DNA of 64,000 bases from positions 24,802,001-24,866,000 of the forward strand of contig NC_087251.1 of NCBI RefSeq assembly GCF_037042905.1. The letters run 5' to 3'. Position numbers and translations under genes: made by a program. The notes beneath the pieces were generated by a model. That model made no database searches, was not told the DNA's origin, and worked only from the letters and a program-made list of their open reading frames with translations. Shown in pieces: positions 24,511 to 36,834 of the stretch (position 1 is the first letter of the stretch; each line of letters starts with the position of its first letter). The DNA comes from Lytechinus pictus. Taxonomy: Eukaryota.

Positions 24511-26758
24511 AGTACGTTTCATATCAAGATATTATAAAGTCCATTGCAAATATCAACAAGGCTTGTTGATAATTGGTTTCTCTACTTTCATTCTACCATC
24601 CAAATGTAATATATGTACCAGCACTTCAAAAGTAAATTCTACTTAAAATCTGAATTCATAATTAATCGCAGAGAATTTCTTTTAAAAATCATACCATAAG
24701 GATAAGACCTCTGTGTGAAAATTTTTATATGAAAAGTAAATAACAGATCATAGGTTATCTAAAGATAAATAAATATTTTTGTAATAATAATATTTCTTGC
24801 TGAAAATGGGATGGTTTTGCTCAAATATAGAAAAGAAATTGCATTTTCCATACCTATGAGAGGGTTTTAAACAGTGAAAAGTGATAGGAAAATGTTCATG
24901 AAAACAAGCTTGAAAAGGTCATAATACAGATTCCTTTCTCCAAAGTCAATGAGGTTTGAGCCTGTAAGACGAAGCTTTACCGACTCATCATACAGTTGAT
25001 TTGTATGTTTGATTGCACATTCAATTCAATTCATATCAGAGAAAGACATTGGACACAGCTCACTACATGATTGCATCTGGTATACATTCTTTGATAAAAT
25101 GCTATTAAATATTCTGCAATTGGTTTTCATATTTCCTTCATAAAGAAATGAAAATTGCATCTACCTCTTTTTGAAGTCAATCAAAGAATTGCAAACCTGC
25201 TACACATACAGAAATTCTAAATATAGGCATAGAATAGAACTCTTCCGGTTGTGTATCAAATTAGAAACTCGAGCCTTCAATCTCATATATATATTTGGTT
25301 CATTGCATAATTGTATGTGTTCTTAATAATTGGTATAAATGATAATGCACTGTATTTTACAGTCAGAAGAATATATACATGATTTTCTGTAGCATGAAAT
25401 CATTAAATTCACTTTCAAATTCTATATTGGCTTGCAATCAAAATAATGTTCTCGTCACAGCATCTATACATGATCCTATGAGTTTTCAAAGTAAAAAGGT
25501 ACTTTAATTGGGTATTAAAATCATGAATGCATGAACACAGACCTAAAAATTGCCATACTTTTTCATTAATTGCACAAGTATTATGATATAATGCATGGCC
25601 TTGGGATGGAATCAGATATTGATGTTGATGACCTGGAGAATATGTACCTCATCATGAGGGCCAGAACTTGGTAAACCTCAGTGACTAATAACATACTCTG
25701 CCAACTTCACTGGTGTGAACATGGCTCCAGTCATTCCATATCTCAGAATATCATGGACATTTTTCATTTATATTTCAGCCAATTCATTGAAGCATGGTTC
25801 ATAGGTTCCTATCAATCAAACTGATATCACAAGAACAGGAAGTAATCGGGTGTGGTTGACATTACGTGATCCATATGACACACATTTTAAGAGTCTCACA
25901 AAAAATGATAGATATAGTGAACACTAAACATTTTGAACAGTCAAGTTAATGCATGTATTTCATCTATTGCACATTCATCTTCACCAACTCCAAATCATCT
26001 TATTTTTACATATACTTGTAAAAGCATTTTGAAGATTGGCCTGAATCTTCAATCCAATATCAAATTGGCTACCTGATCAAGGTTTGCTTGAAGAGTAAAC
26101 AGTGAGTTCTAACCCCTCTCACTTTAACACACACTTTTATGCAATATATGTACCTTTTTTATATCAACAAGAATATACTTGTTTATACCCCTCACAATAT
26201 TTCATGCCTTGGTCGGACCATCCTGTTTCAACCTCAAAGCAACAATCTACATCAAATCCAAGTCTCTAAATATTACCATACATTGACTGGTACAACTGCT
26301 GCTTTACTGACACAAAAGCAGTCCCTACCAAAACCTTGCATGACCCTCTTCAAGTGCTCTCAATTTGGACACTGAAACTTTGATGGCAAGAATCCCTGGA
26401 TATCCTAATCTTTCCAAAATGACCATACAGTAGTCTGATTGCTGGTAAGATCATTTGTTGCCACACTTTGATAGGGCCAGTCCTCCTGGCTATACTGACA
26501 AAACCAACTTACAAATCCTACCAGGTTTAAGTGACCACACTTTACTGTTGGTCCAATCATAGCTTCATGGAAACCAATTCACTCCCTCTTAAACTTGACA
26601 TCCAACTCATTGCTTCCGTATTGGTGAAATTTTGATACGATCAGCCTCGCTGTCCACATCAGCAAAGACCACCGGCAAGTTCCTACCCTGTGGACTCCAC
26701 TCTTTCCGCTTCATTGAAACCATATTGGTACCTTACAATTCTTGAATCTAGCACCTCT

Positions 26759-29700
26759 TCAGATTGCCAGTTTATCAAGAGCAGCTGTCAGAGACAAGAT
26801 GGAGATGAACCCAAGCTTGAGCTCTTCCTTCAGGTTCTTATGAAAGAACTCTGGAGCCCTGGCAAGCTGTTTGCGCATCTGGACCAGCTGTTCTCCATTC
26901 AGATTGTTGAGGGTAGAATGCAGTCTGTGGATGTTGTTGGACTCCAGCCACACTCCGACCTGTTCCTTGCTCCACTTGGAGATGATGCTACTCATAGAGC
27001 CCTTGCTGTAAGACTTGGCAGGAAGAACAGGAGCCTCTGGGCGGGGTGGAGGTGATGTGGTGATCATGGATTTCTGCGGTTCTATTCCTGGATTGAATAT
27101 AATTAATGATATTTGTTAATATGACGCTGGGGAGGTATTCAAATAGTATAATTTAAAGCAATGTTATACCAGTACGTATATTGATCAATTCAATCAAACA
27201 TTATAGAAATACTTCAAAGGTACCCTTGCCAACATGCAAACAGTTAAAGGTAAATGCCAGTTGTGGTAACGATATTAAAATGAGTTTGTACAAAATCCAA
27301 TGAAATGACCACCAAAGTGTCTGTTTGTATAAATAAAACATATGTGCCAAAGAATTCTGGAAGAAATTGTGTAATTGCTGAGAAATCAGCAAATAAGCAC
27401 AAGATTCGGGTCAATTAAGCGTCGGGCCGACATTCAAGGCAATAATAATACACTGTCCCACGTGCGCTTATCTGTGTTGGTGATCTTCAGTGTGAACATT
27501 TTTCAGCGTAGATTTCAAGATTTCACAAAGTTCAGTTTATGTAACTGTACCAGATCTAGATCCTCGATTATATACTGACAATTAAGCCTGGTTTACAGAC
27601 TTTCTCATGAAATCAGTGTACTGCAACTACTGGCATTTCTCTTTAAAGTAAGCCATCCCATATTAGTTGGAGGAAAAATAAGCCAGTAATCATTTCTCAA
27701 TCTAGAGTGGTAAATTAAATAAATTCATGTATATTTCTAAATGTAATCTTGCACTTATTTGCAAATGACATTTAAGGATACTTGCTTATATTCATCCCAT
27801 CTCCAGAGGTAAGAGCCCGGGGGGGGGGGCATTCAGTATTTTTTTACACTTAAATTTCCATTCCAAGGCATAGCATTTTTATCTCATTGAGTTAAAGAAC
27901 GAAGAAAGCTGCTCCAAAGCATAGCATTTTCTTTATATCGAGAAAAAAGAAGAAAGAAATCCGTTCCAAAGCTTCGCAAATTTTTTGTTACGCCGTTCCG
28001 GCCGCATTGATCCGCTACAATGAGCTGCAATTTTGGTGAAAAGCAGCCGTAGAGCGCTGTCCAACCATCGCCTCTGCGCAAGCGCACCCGGCGCCCGTGC
28101 CACCAGGTTAGCTGCATGCACGTATGCCCATTCCATAGGGATGCATACGCACTCACACGCAGGCGACCCGTTCCAAGAACCCCCGTTTTCACACACATTT
28201 GTAGTTCCGAAGCACTTTCCGAGGACCCTCCTTTTTACAATAAGCCCGCTCCAAAGCCCCAGTTTTTGTCTCGCATGTGGCACATACCTACCACTTTTTT
28301 GGTAGAGTACCCCACCCCCCCCGCCCCCGGGGGTAAGAGACTCATACAAGTACATTAACCCCCTCCCCAAATCGGAATGTAAAGTTTTCAATACGTTATT
28401 AGTCATACACACCATGGCATTTATAGTATATTCCAAAATAAAGACCAAAGTTTGGAAAAAGAGAACAAGGTTTTGCATGCTCACCATTTTGCCTGACTGA
28501 TACTTTCTTGGGCACCTTCCCTCTGTCTCCTATCTCCTTGATGAGTGCCGGGAATGATCCTGGGATGACCTCATTGGAATACATCTTGTAATACAGAAGG
28601 GTCCCCACCAAAGCACCAAGCCAGCCTTCTCCCTCGTAACCTTCTTCCAACTGCAGAGGAATGATGGGCTTCTTCAGTTTGTAGGCGTAGGTCGCTTCTG
28701 TATAAGGGAATGTGAGGGGATTACAGAATGAGAAACAGAGAAATACATGTAGCAAGGAAACAATGGTTTTGATGATGTCATGACTCATTAAGTTTTAAGA
28801 GGAAGGAGGCTGGGATCAGGGTTCTTCTGGAATCTAACTCAAATGGTCCTGCTTTATAGATCCCCTAATCCCCGGCATGGAATCTGCTATGCTTAAAGGA
28901 TGTCAACAGAACTAAATGATTACCAGATAGAAAGAAGGTGTGTAATATGTCGCACTTTAAAAATCAGAATGAAAAAACAAAAAAGAAAATGGAAAAAAAA
29001 ACAATGGAACAAACACACATTGAAATCTCTCCGCTTGAATAATTGAATACAGAAACAGTTCTTAGGAAAAACAGGAAAGTTTTAACAGTTTGTATAAAAA
29101 GGATAAGAGATATCTATAGATAAATGAAAAATAACTTTCCCTCATATATAATAGATTTATTATAAAATCAATAGTCTTATATCCAAGAATGCTTGAGTAT
29201 ATTCAATACTTGTTATGATGATAATGATGGTGACGAAATAAAACGGTAATCAACAAACTAAATAAATACATACAAAAACTCTTCATTTAAAGGACATATT
29301 TACTTTTGATGGAAAAAAATGCACATACACTTTTCAAGCTTGGATACATATTTTTATAAATTCATTATATTTCAAACTTTGCAGTGGGATTTTAAGGTTA
29401 GCCAAATCTTAATCCTACAGCTAGAGGGATCATTTACCCTTGAAATAGGATGCCATAATTAAACTGTCATTACCCAAAGAACAAGCTAAATTGGAGAGTA
29501 CAATTCTATCCCTTTAAACATAATCAATAGCATGTGGCACCTCCTTTGCTCTGCATTAATCTACTTTGATATGACATGACTTCCTGTGTGAGTCAAATCT
29601 GAAATTTACCATGGCATGTTGCTAACGCTTCGCTGACAACCATGAAACAACCACCCTCTAGACAATCAAGGCCTGCTCCTCTTACTCATTAGTTAACCCC

Positions 29701-32700
29701 CAAATATCCCAGTCACAACACAAAAGGCAGTTCCACAATGTTAACAATAAATGCTCTCATTCTGACAGGCAAATTTTTTTTTTCAAGAACTATGTTTTTG
29801 TCTTATAAAAGTATCTAAGATTCCTATTGGTGTATGACATAGTCTTATATAACTTCCTTGGAGGCAATCGAAGGGCAACAGGGTTGAATTACAGAAGTGT
29901 AGTTGCCTACTTTCCTGTCCTAATTGTTTCAAAGGTCAATTAGCATGTTGAAGTAGGCTAGGGTTTGAGGTCTACAGCAAACTATTATGCTCCCAGGAAA
30001 TTCAAGAAATTAAGCCAAACTTGCATTTACAAATCAAATCACAAATTAAATTCACATTTATAGGCTGCCTGCGTGGGCAGGCTTTGCTGGGAACAGCATG
30101 TGTGGATGAAAATATGAGAGGTTCCTTGAAATTGAAAAAAATGAGGTCTATTATACTTGACACAGTTATTCTGTAACAGCTATATTGAAAGATAAGTACT
30201 TAAGTAGCAAACATTTTTCTGTAGCAGCAATTATTCTATAATCATATGAAGACTTCATAAAGGGAACATTATTCTGAATAAATAGATATAGAAGATTTAA
30301 AACACAAGAATGAAAATAAACCACTAAGGTCTAATTGACTCAGATTTCCTGTTTAAATGAAAACACATCCACCCCAAAAATGTGAAGCAATAAGAGGTAG
30401 CAGCCCTGACAGGTACAATATACATCCATGTTTGAGTGAATTATGCAGTTACCCCTTAATTTTGCAAAATTTGTCACAGGAAATTAATGTCGGTCCAACA
30501 TACACGTTGCTGAGTAATTGGATAGTCACCTTATCTGGAGAAAAAATCCTTTTATTAGATGCCTTATGTTACTCTTTCATTAAGTTTTTAATTGATTTAT
30601 AATCAAACAAAGGTCTTTCAGTTGAACTAAATGCTAATGGGTTTAAGTAATTTGCAAACACACAAAACTGAAAAAAAAGAAAAAAGAAAGGAACAATGAA
30701 AGAAAGAAAATTGGTGTCATGAAAAAATAGCTCAATAATGAGAAATGGCCACTGGGTAACGAACACATTGACTCCATTCGAAAGATTTAGGAGCAGTGAA
30801 CGAGAACGGCGTGGCAGTCGTCTGATCATTCGAGTCAACGTCATCGTCTGCCCTTGTTCACAACACAGATGCAAATTTCAGATTTCACTTGACTTGTACG
30901 TGTACGTACGTCTACGTGAAACAGCGTGATAACCAGCAGGTCATAACACGCTGCCCGACCCGGAAGATCGCCCGGCGACCCGGTCGGGTGATGCGAAGGT
31001 GCAACTTGTGAACACTTGCTCTTTCACTTGCTTTGATTCATTTTTACGCGAGATAGGATATATATCGATATATATTTTGGAGATCAGAAAGCAATTTCAA
31101 ATATGATAAACATAATGCATCTTACAACTTACATTAATTTTGTGAAAAGTCACAGAAAACTGTTTTTAAAAGGGAAAGGTTGATCTTCATGCTGAGCTTG
31201 AGCGGTAAAAATGGATGTGGCGAGGTTCTCAATTCTGGAAGTGGATAAGGGTGAGGACCTGACGCATGTGGCAGGCCAAAAAATGACGTCATCTCATACC
31301 AGTTGTCTATGTGGACTTGTGTTTCTAAAACTGCTCAATCTAGGTGGAGACTGCAGTTTTATCTTTGCTATAAGGCTAAATGATCCGTCTCATGCAGCAA
31401 GACCACAACGGTGGGTTCACCTACTGCCTTTAATATACCCTTTTTGTTTTGCTTTAGTCACTGTTTTCTATTTTATGACAAATGTCCGGTGGCAGGTTTT
31501 TGTAGTGTAACAACAAAAACAAAATCTTTCTGAGATAAAACAAGAATGCCAAAACAAGCGGTCTTGAAGGCATGACTCGTCTTTCAATCTGAGGGATGTA
31601 AGTTCCACTCCAAGCCATGGCGTGTTTTCCATCAGCGAGAAATGTACCCACATTGTTCTGATCTCAACCGATGTAAGGTCAATGGGTACCTGGTAGGAAT
31701 TTATTCCTTGAAACACAACGCGTGTAACAGCTCCTCTGCTAAAGCCAGGGTAATTATATGCTGAATTACTGTAGACTGCTTAGAGACTTCTTTAATATAA
31801 AGTAAGTGTTGAGCGCTAAATAGCAAGTATAATCATTATTATTAATCAAGATGCATTTATTTAGCAGTAAAAAAATTAAGAAAGCAAGGACATTAGACCA
31901 TCTTGGCATTAGATTAAATGACAATTGGCCCAAGTGATGGTTGAATCAAACGGCACTTTGGCAAACTGATCGTAGACCAAGTTGGTTTAACCATGATAAT
32001 GTCGATCTGAAAATTACCGGTATACCATCTGCTAGCAGCCCAAGTGAATACAAACAAGGCATGACAACATTTTTTTAAATTTTTCTTTTAGTGGCATAAC
32101 AAGTTGTTTCTTATACAGTGTATGTTATGTGACACTTATCAAACACATCAAGTATCAAATATAATTGTCTTAACATACAGTAAGGATAAACTCATGACAA
32201 CATAGATGGTTTTGCAGGCAGGCAACAGATATATATATAAAGCTGTTCGTAAGTTAAGATTGACTTTAAGAAGACTGGCGATCCTTTCTTGTGATATGAT
32301 ATTCACCATTAAATGTTCATTGGTGATTAAATAGCATGTGCGAAAGGTTCACCAGTCCTTCTTAGAGTCGCTCTTAACTTACGAACAAGCTTTATGAAAC
32401 ACCCTCCTGCCTATGCAGTGATTTTTTAAGGCTTCATATCTCAATGACTTTTTAAAAGTTTCATATATCTCAATGACTTTTTAAAGCAGGGGTTCTCAAA
32501 CTTTTTCTTTGAAGGGCCAGATGAGACTCGAATTAAACCTGAAAGGGCCAGGGTACGTGAAGTGGATACTTAGAAAAAAAAATCTGCGCGAAGACACTTG
32601 CAGCCGGGGTCCTAGAAGCTCTCTGGTGCAATCTGGCCCTTATTTTGGAAGAATTTAATCCAACAAATTTATAACAGTTTCATATGGAACACAGGCAAAA

Positions 32701-35700
32701 TTAGAAAAGATTTCAAATACAGCGAGAGTAGTACTTTGTTAAAAGGAATGTAGATTGTACCTATGTCAATTTTAACACATACCTTGAACTGAAGAGACAG
32801 ATAATGTTTTGTAGTAGGCCTATCAATATTTTTTTAGTCAAAGTAGATTGGCCAACACATGGCCTTGTGCTCGATTGCGGCAAAATGAATGCATGCTTGT
32901 CTGTCCATTCTTCATAAGAAAATCCGCAGAACTGAACCAGCAATTAAGTTTACGTTTTAACCAAATTGATCGCGTGTTGGAATGTGTGCGCACGTGTTTT
33001 CAAATGCAACGTGTTATCTGACGTTTGACGTGAAACTACTTTTTTCAATGTAGTGCCGCCTGGTAATTTATAAGAAAGTAGAACAGACAGAAAAAACTCC
33101 ACTAAACTTTGTTTAAAAGTCAAATTAATTTGACTGCCATTATTTTCATTACAGTTTCATGGATACACAATGTAATCATATTGAGCTATGTTTCATATTG
33201 TGACTTAAAAGTGATTAAAACAGCAGAATCTCGCAGGCCGGGATAGAGAAGCTCCGCGGGCCGTAGTTTGAGAACCCCAGTTTTAAAGGCTTCAAATCTC
33301 AATGACTTTTTATAGATTCATATCTCAATGACTTTATTAAGGCTTTTTTATCTCAATGACTTTATTAAGGCTTCATATTTCAATTACTTAATTATTAAGT
33401 CTTCATATCTCAACGATTCTGTATACAAAATGTCACTGAGCTTTGTTGAAAACATCTATACATGTATCTATAAAGGATGTCACCAAATGGGTCAGGTTAC
33501 CCATACCAAAGTGATAAAGCTTACCTGTGCGCCCATTATGACTCTCAAAATACTTCTGAGTCATACACACCAGAACAAGAGCAGACCTCTCCACGGCTTG
33601 AGCCATCGCACCCAAGATGTCTCCAGCTATATCAAACAATGAATATTCATGATTAAAACAACAAAGTACTGTAATTACAGGATCTTGATTAACAGTAAAT
33701 GAACAATACTTTTCTTTCCCTCTTGAAAAAGAATAATAATCATGTTAAAAAGTATATTCCCCCATATTCAGGACTAGCATTTAAAAATGAAATCTAGAAA
33801 ATGTATTCAATATTAGAAGTTCTGTGATCTGTATAATCCTATAATTTTTTTTATTTTTCATTTTACCTCCACTCTCTGATTTTCATCAGATTATGACAAA
33901 AGTTATAGGCATGTTTATCTTCCTAGTTTATTCTGACATGTTGTCATTTTACTGGACTACCAGTCAAAATGGTTACTTCATGTTGTCATTTAAACAGCAT
34001 TTAGGGTAAAGACTTCTTGACATCTTGGATTCATTAACAGACATCTTCTAAATTCATTCTAATCAGTAAATATAGTGTATCTCTAAAACTAAGACAACAC
34101 TCATCAGCTTGTTACTCCACCTCTACTAGGGAGATAATCTTGACTTCACATATTGCTTAATCCATCAGCAGCCAAGTGAAAGAAGTTAATCCTCCAACGC
34201 TAATCAGCAAAAACAAACAGGCTATAACACGAATATCCTACAGATACTGATTGAGGGTGTCCATGTTGTTCAGAATCCCATTATGAATGACCAACCAGAT
34301 CTCATCGTTTAAGGATATGGATTGGTTCTTGGATCATGTTGTGGTTTGGGGAGATATGTTAGACTAATTAGAGTGTGATATGGCAAATGGACCAAAAAAA
34401 GGGGGGGGGTAGACAGGAGTGGGGAGAGAAGGAAGATGATGGAGAGAGAGGAGGAAAGGGAGGGGCAGACATATAGAGAAAGAGAGTGGGAGATGGAGAA
34501 AAGGAGGTGTGTGGTACAAAGAGGGGTCACAATGAGTGGGGGGGGGGGGGCTAGGTCCTATAGATACATCTCAATATTGTAAGGCTCAGAGGAACAGAGC
34601 TTTAAAAGAGATTAAAAATAAGGAGTGACAGGGAAAATGAAAATTATGAGATGGAGAGAGGCGGTGTGAGTGAACAAGAATTCCTTCACACTAAAATTTC
34701 ATCTTTATTTTAAATTCATCTCATTAAAAATAGACCACTGAGACGGTCGATGGTCATTCCTGGCAAAGCCATGTAACTGCATCATCCGAATATGCCTTAT
34801 TCCATATGAATATAAAATATAGCCACGGAGACTGCAATAAAACTCTCCATGCAAAAAAAAAAAAAAAAAAAAAAGATCGGCCACTGGACTGGTCAATGAT
34901 TTTATTATTACGATTTCTGTTTATAGATGAATAGCTATTCTCTAAAATTAAGAAGAAAGGTGTTGATTGCAAAATGTATATTAGGACTAAAATTACAACC
35001 TTTTAACAGTTGAGAAAACCCCAACCAGTATGGTTACTTTCTTCCTAAAACTTACCCATCTTATCAATATCCATCCATACGTTGAATCCAGCTTTTTGTA
35101 GTAGATCCCTGACTTCTATCATTCTCTGCTGACTGTCCCATTGGTAGCTGATCATGATGTGTGGAGACTCACTACTGATGGAAATGGTAGAGGATGACAA
35201 GGATCTCTCAGATTTGTCATTGTGTACACCAAGAGGAACCTTAGTGTCGTAAATCTCCCATAATGCACCAGTACATGCATCCCTGATGGCTGCGTTCTCA
35301 CTGTTCTTCAAGAACATTAGAGCTGTCAAAGAGGAATAAAAGGAAACATACATTTTTATGCTGATAAAAAAAAAAGAATTCAAGTGAATTAAAAGAGTAC
35401 CTATGGTGATACTGCAGCAATACCACACACAGCTTTTGTAACTGTTCTTATATTAAAAAACATTATGTGTTTTTTTTTTAGTAAGTGAATGTTGGTATCA
35501 TGATATAACAAGTTTATACTCCTGCCATGACAACAAGGGAATAGCCAATCTACAACCAAAGTAGTAAATGGGCATCCTTTGGGAAATTTATTTATTGATT
35601 TATTTGAAATATCAAGGAATGCCAGGTCTGAAACCAGAGGTGCATTATGTACACATTTATTTTGAACACCACTTCGTATTGGCACATACAGAATAGAAAT

Positions 35701-36834
35701 GTAGTGACAAGTACATGAGTAAATATCATTCTCACTCTCCAAGGCACATGTTTGTAAGAATGACAAAACATACATACACTTAATTATCTGCTGATCCTGT
35801 CTTATCTTTTCCTTGTTCTCATCCACAAAAGCCAGTTGCCAAATAGCAGCAGCTGCAGTCTCTTTCTCTTCATCTGTGCATTTCTCTGCCAGCATCTTGC
35901 CAATCAATGTCAACCCATCAAGCTCAACAATCAATTTCTTGTTCTCGTCATTGATTGCTAACTGATTCAAGCCCTGTAGGGTTTCACAGGCACTGAAGCC
36001 ATACTTTTTGGTCACATGATTCTTGTACGTCAGAGCCTCTTCGATCATCTTCAGCATGAATTTCATGCATGCATCGTTCGTTTGCAGCTTCTCTACTTCG
36101 GATTTCTTGGCAACGTATGCAAGAATTATGAAAGCCTTTGCCCGAACAATAAGGTATGATGATGTTGATAACTCCTGCAGGTTTTCTATGGCACCATAAC
36201 AACGAGCACAGTTCTTGAACTTTCTCCTACAACAGTTATGCAAGATTCCCAGAATTCCTTTAACGACATAACGTTTTCCATCATCGTTCAAACGATCAAC
36301 ACTCAATTCAGGATCCTTTAGCCCTTCAATTAATAAGTCTAAGCATTTCAATTTACCAAATTCAGTACAGACTTTATCTGAACAATCTGTAAAGTTCCAA
36401 TAACTCCCCAGCATTCTCTTGAGATTGGTGAGTGCTTGTTTGGCTTTGGTAACAGGTTCATCAATATACATCTGATAACTATTAAGGTCATTCCACATCC
36501 TGGGAAATATCTCCACAAATCCTAAAGAGAGTAGATGATCTGCCAGCAAGACTCGATTAGACTTTGGTTTCAGGGTACTGGCCTTTCGAAGGTTATCATA
36601 GATCTTGAAGCAGTCCTCTGTAGCGTAGTCATCGCTGCTCTGCAGATACTCCATATTTTCAGAAGTCTCCTGCATCCACCTCTCAAACTTCTCTTTTGCT
36701 GCAGAAGCAAGATCCTCCTCTAGGTCCGTCTTCCCTCTATCTGGTGCTGTTTTCTCCAACTCTGCTGGCATATCTATCTGATCCACGCCTCTCACCTTCC
36801 GACCCTTCTTCTGACTACTCATCACAGTGCCCAT
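26759..36834 (-). CDS. ARM-repeat / TIR / SAM-like protein (SARM1-related domain set, order ARM-TIR-SAM), 5 coding exons, 655 aa
   Basis: Exons 36834-35778, 35322-35056, 33626-33525, 28697-28485, 27087-26759; all introns GT-AG, phase 1; 1968 nt open. In-frame TGA upstream of the ATG. ARM-like repeats (SYWNFTD, ILGILHNC, GLNQLAINDENK, AAAAIWQLAF, ACTGALWEI). TIR motifs HIMISYQWDSQ...GFNVWMDID...AMAQAVERS...CMTQKYFESHNGRTEATYAYKLKKPIIPL...GWLG. C-terminal SAM-like segment WSKEQVGVWL...LNGEQLVQM. Confidence 0.85.
27816..28331. mobile_element. Non-autonomous DNA transposon with CCCGGG termini and 8-bp TSD
   Basis: Begins CCCGGGGGGG, ends CCCCCGGG; flanked by GGTAAGAG at 27808-27815 and 28332-28339; GC-rich interior; in the last intron of the TIR gene. 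Confidence 0.75.
31560..31845 (+). mobile_element. Degenerate tRNA-derived SINE
   Basis: Similar to the 39044-39332 copy (AGCCATGGC...AATGGGTACC...GCCAGGGTAAT...ATTATT tail). Confidence 0.5.
32238..32405. mobile_element. MITE, same family as 10668-10845
   Basis: TAAAGCTGTTCGTAAGTTAAGA...TCTTAACTTACGAACAAGCTTTATGAAAC inverted arms. Confidence 0.7.
32425..33415 (+). repeat. Minisatellite of about 27 bp (AGGCTTCATATCTCAATGACTTTTTAA-like) interrupted by the hAT element
   Basis: About two units left of 32487 and about five degenerate units right of 33280. Confidence 0.7.
32487..33280. mobile_element. Non-autonomous hAT element
   Basis: TIRs CAGGGGTTCTCAAACT / AGTTTGAGAACCCCAG (one mismatch); 8-bp TSD TTTTAAAG (32479-32486, 33281-33288). 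Confidence 0.85.

Noticed and set aside
27884..28487. Overlapping 80-184 aa ORFs
   Set aside because: They arise from the GC-rich interior of a TSD-flanked non-autonomous element and have no recognisable domain.
26759..36834. Calling the TIR gene SARM1
   Set aside because: Domain order and TIR motifs differ from SARM1; orthology cannot be supported from the sequence alone.
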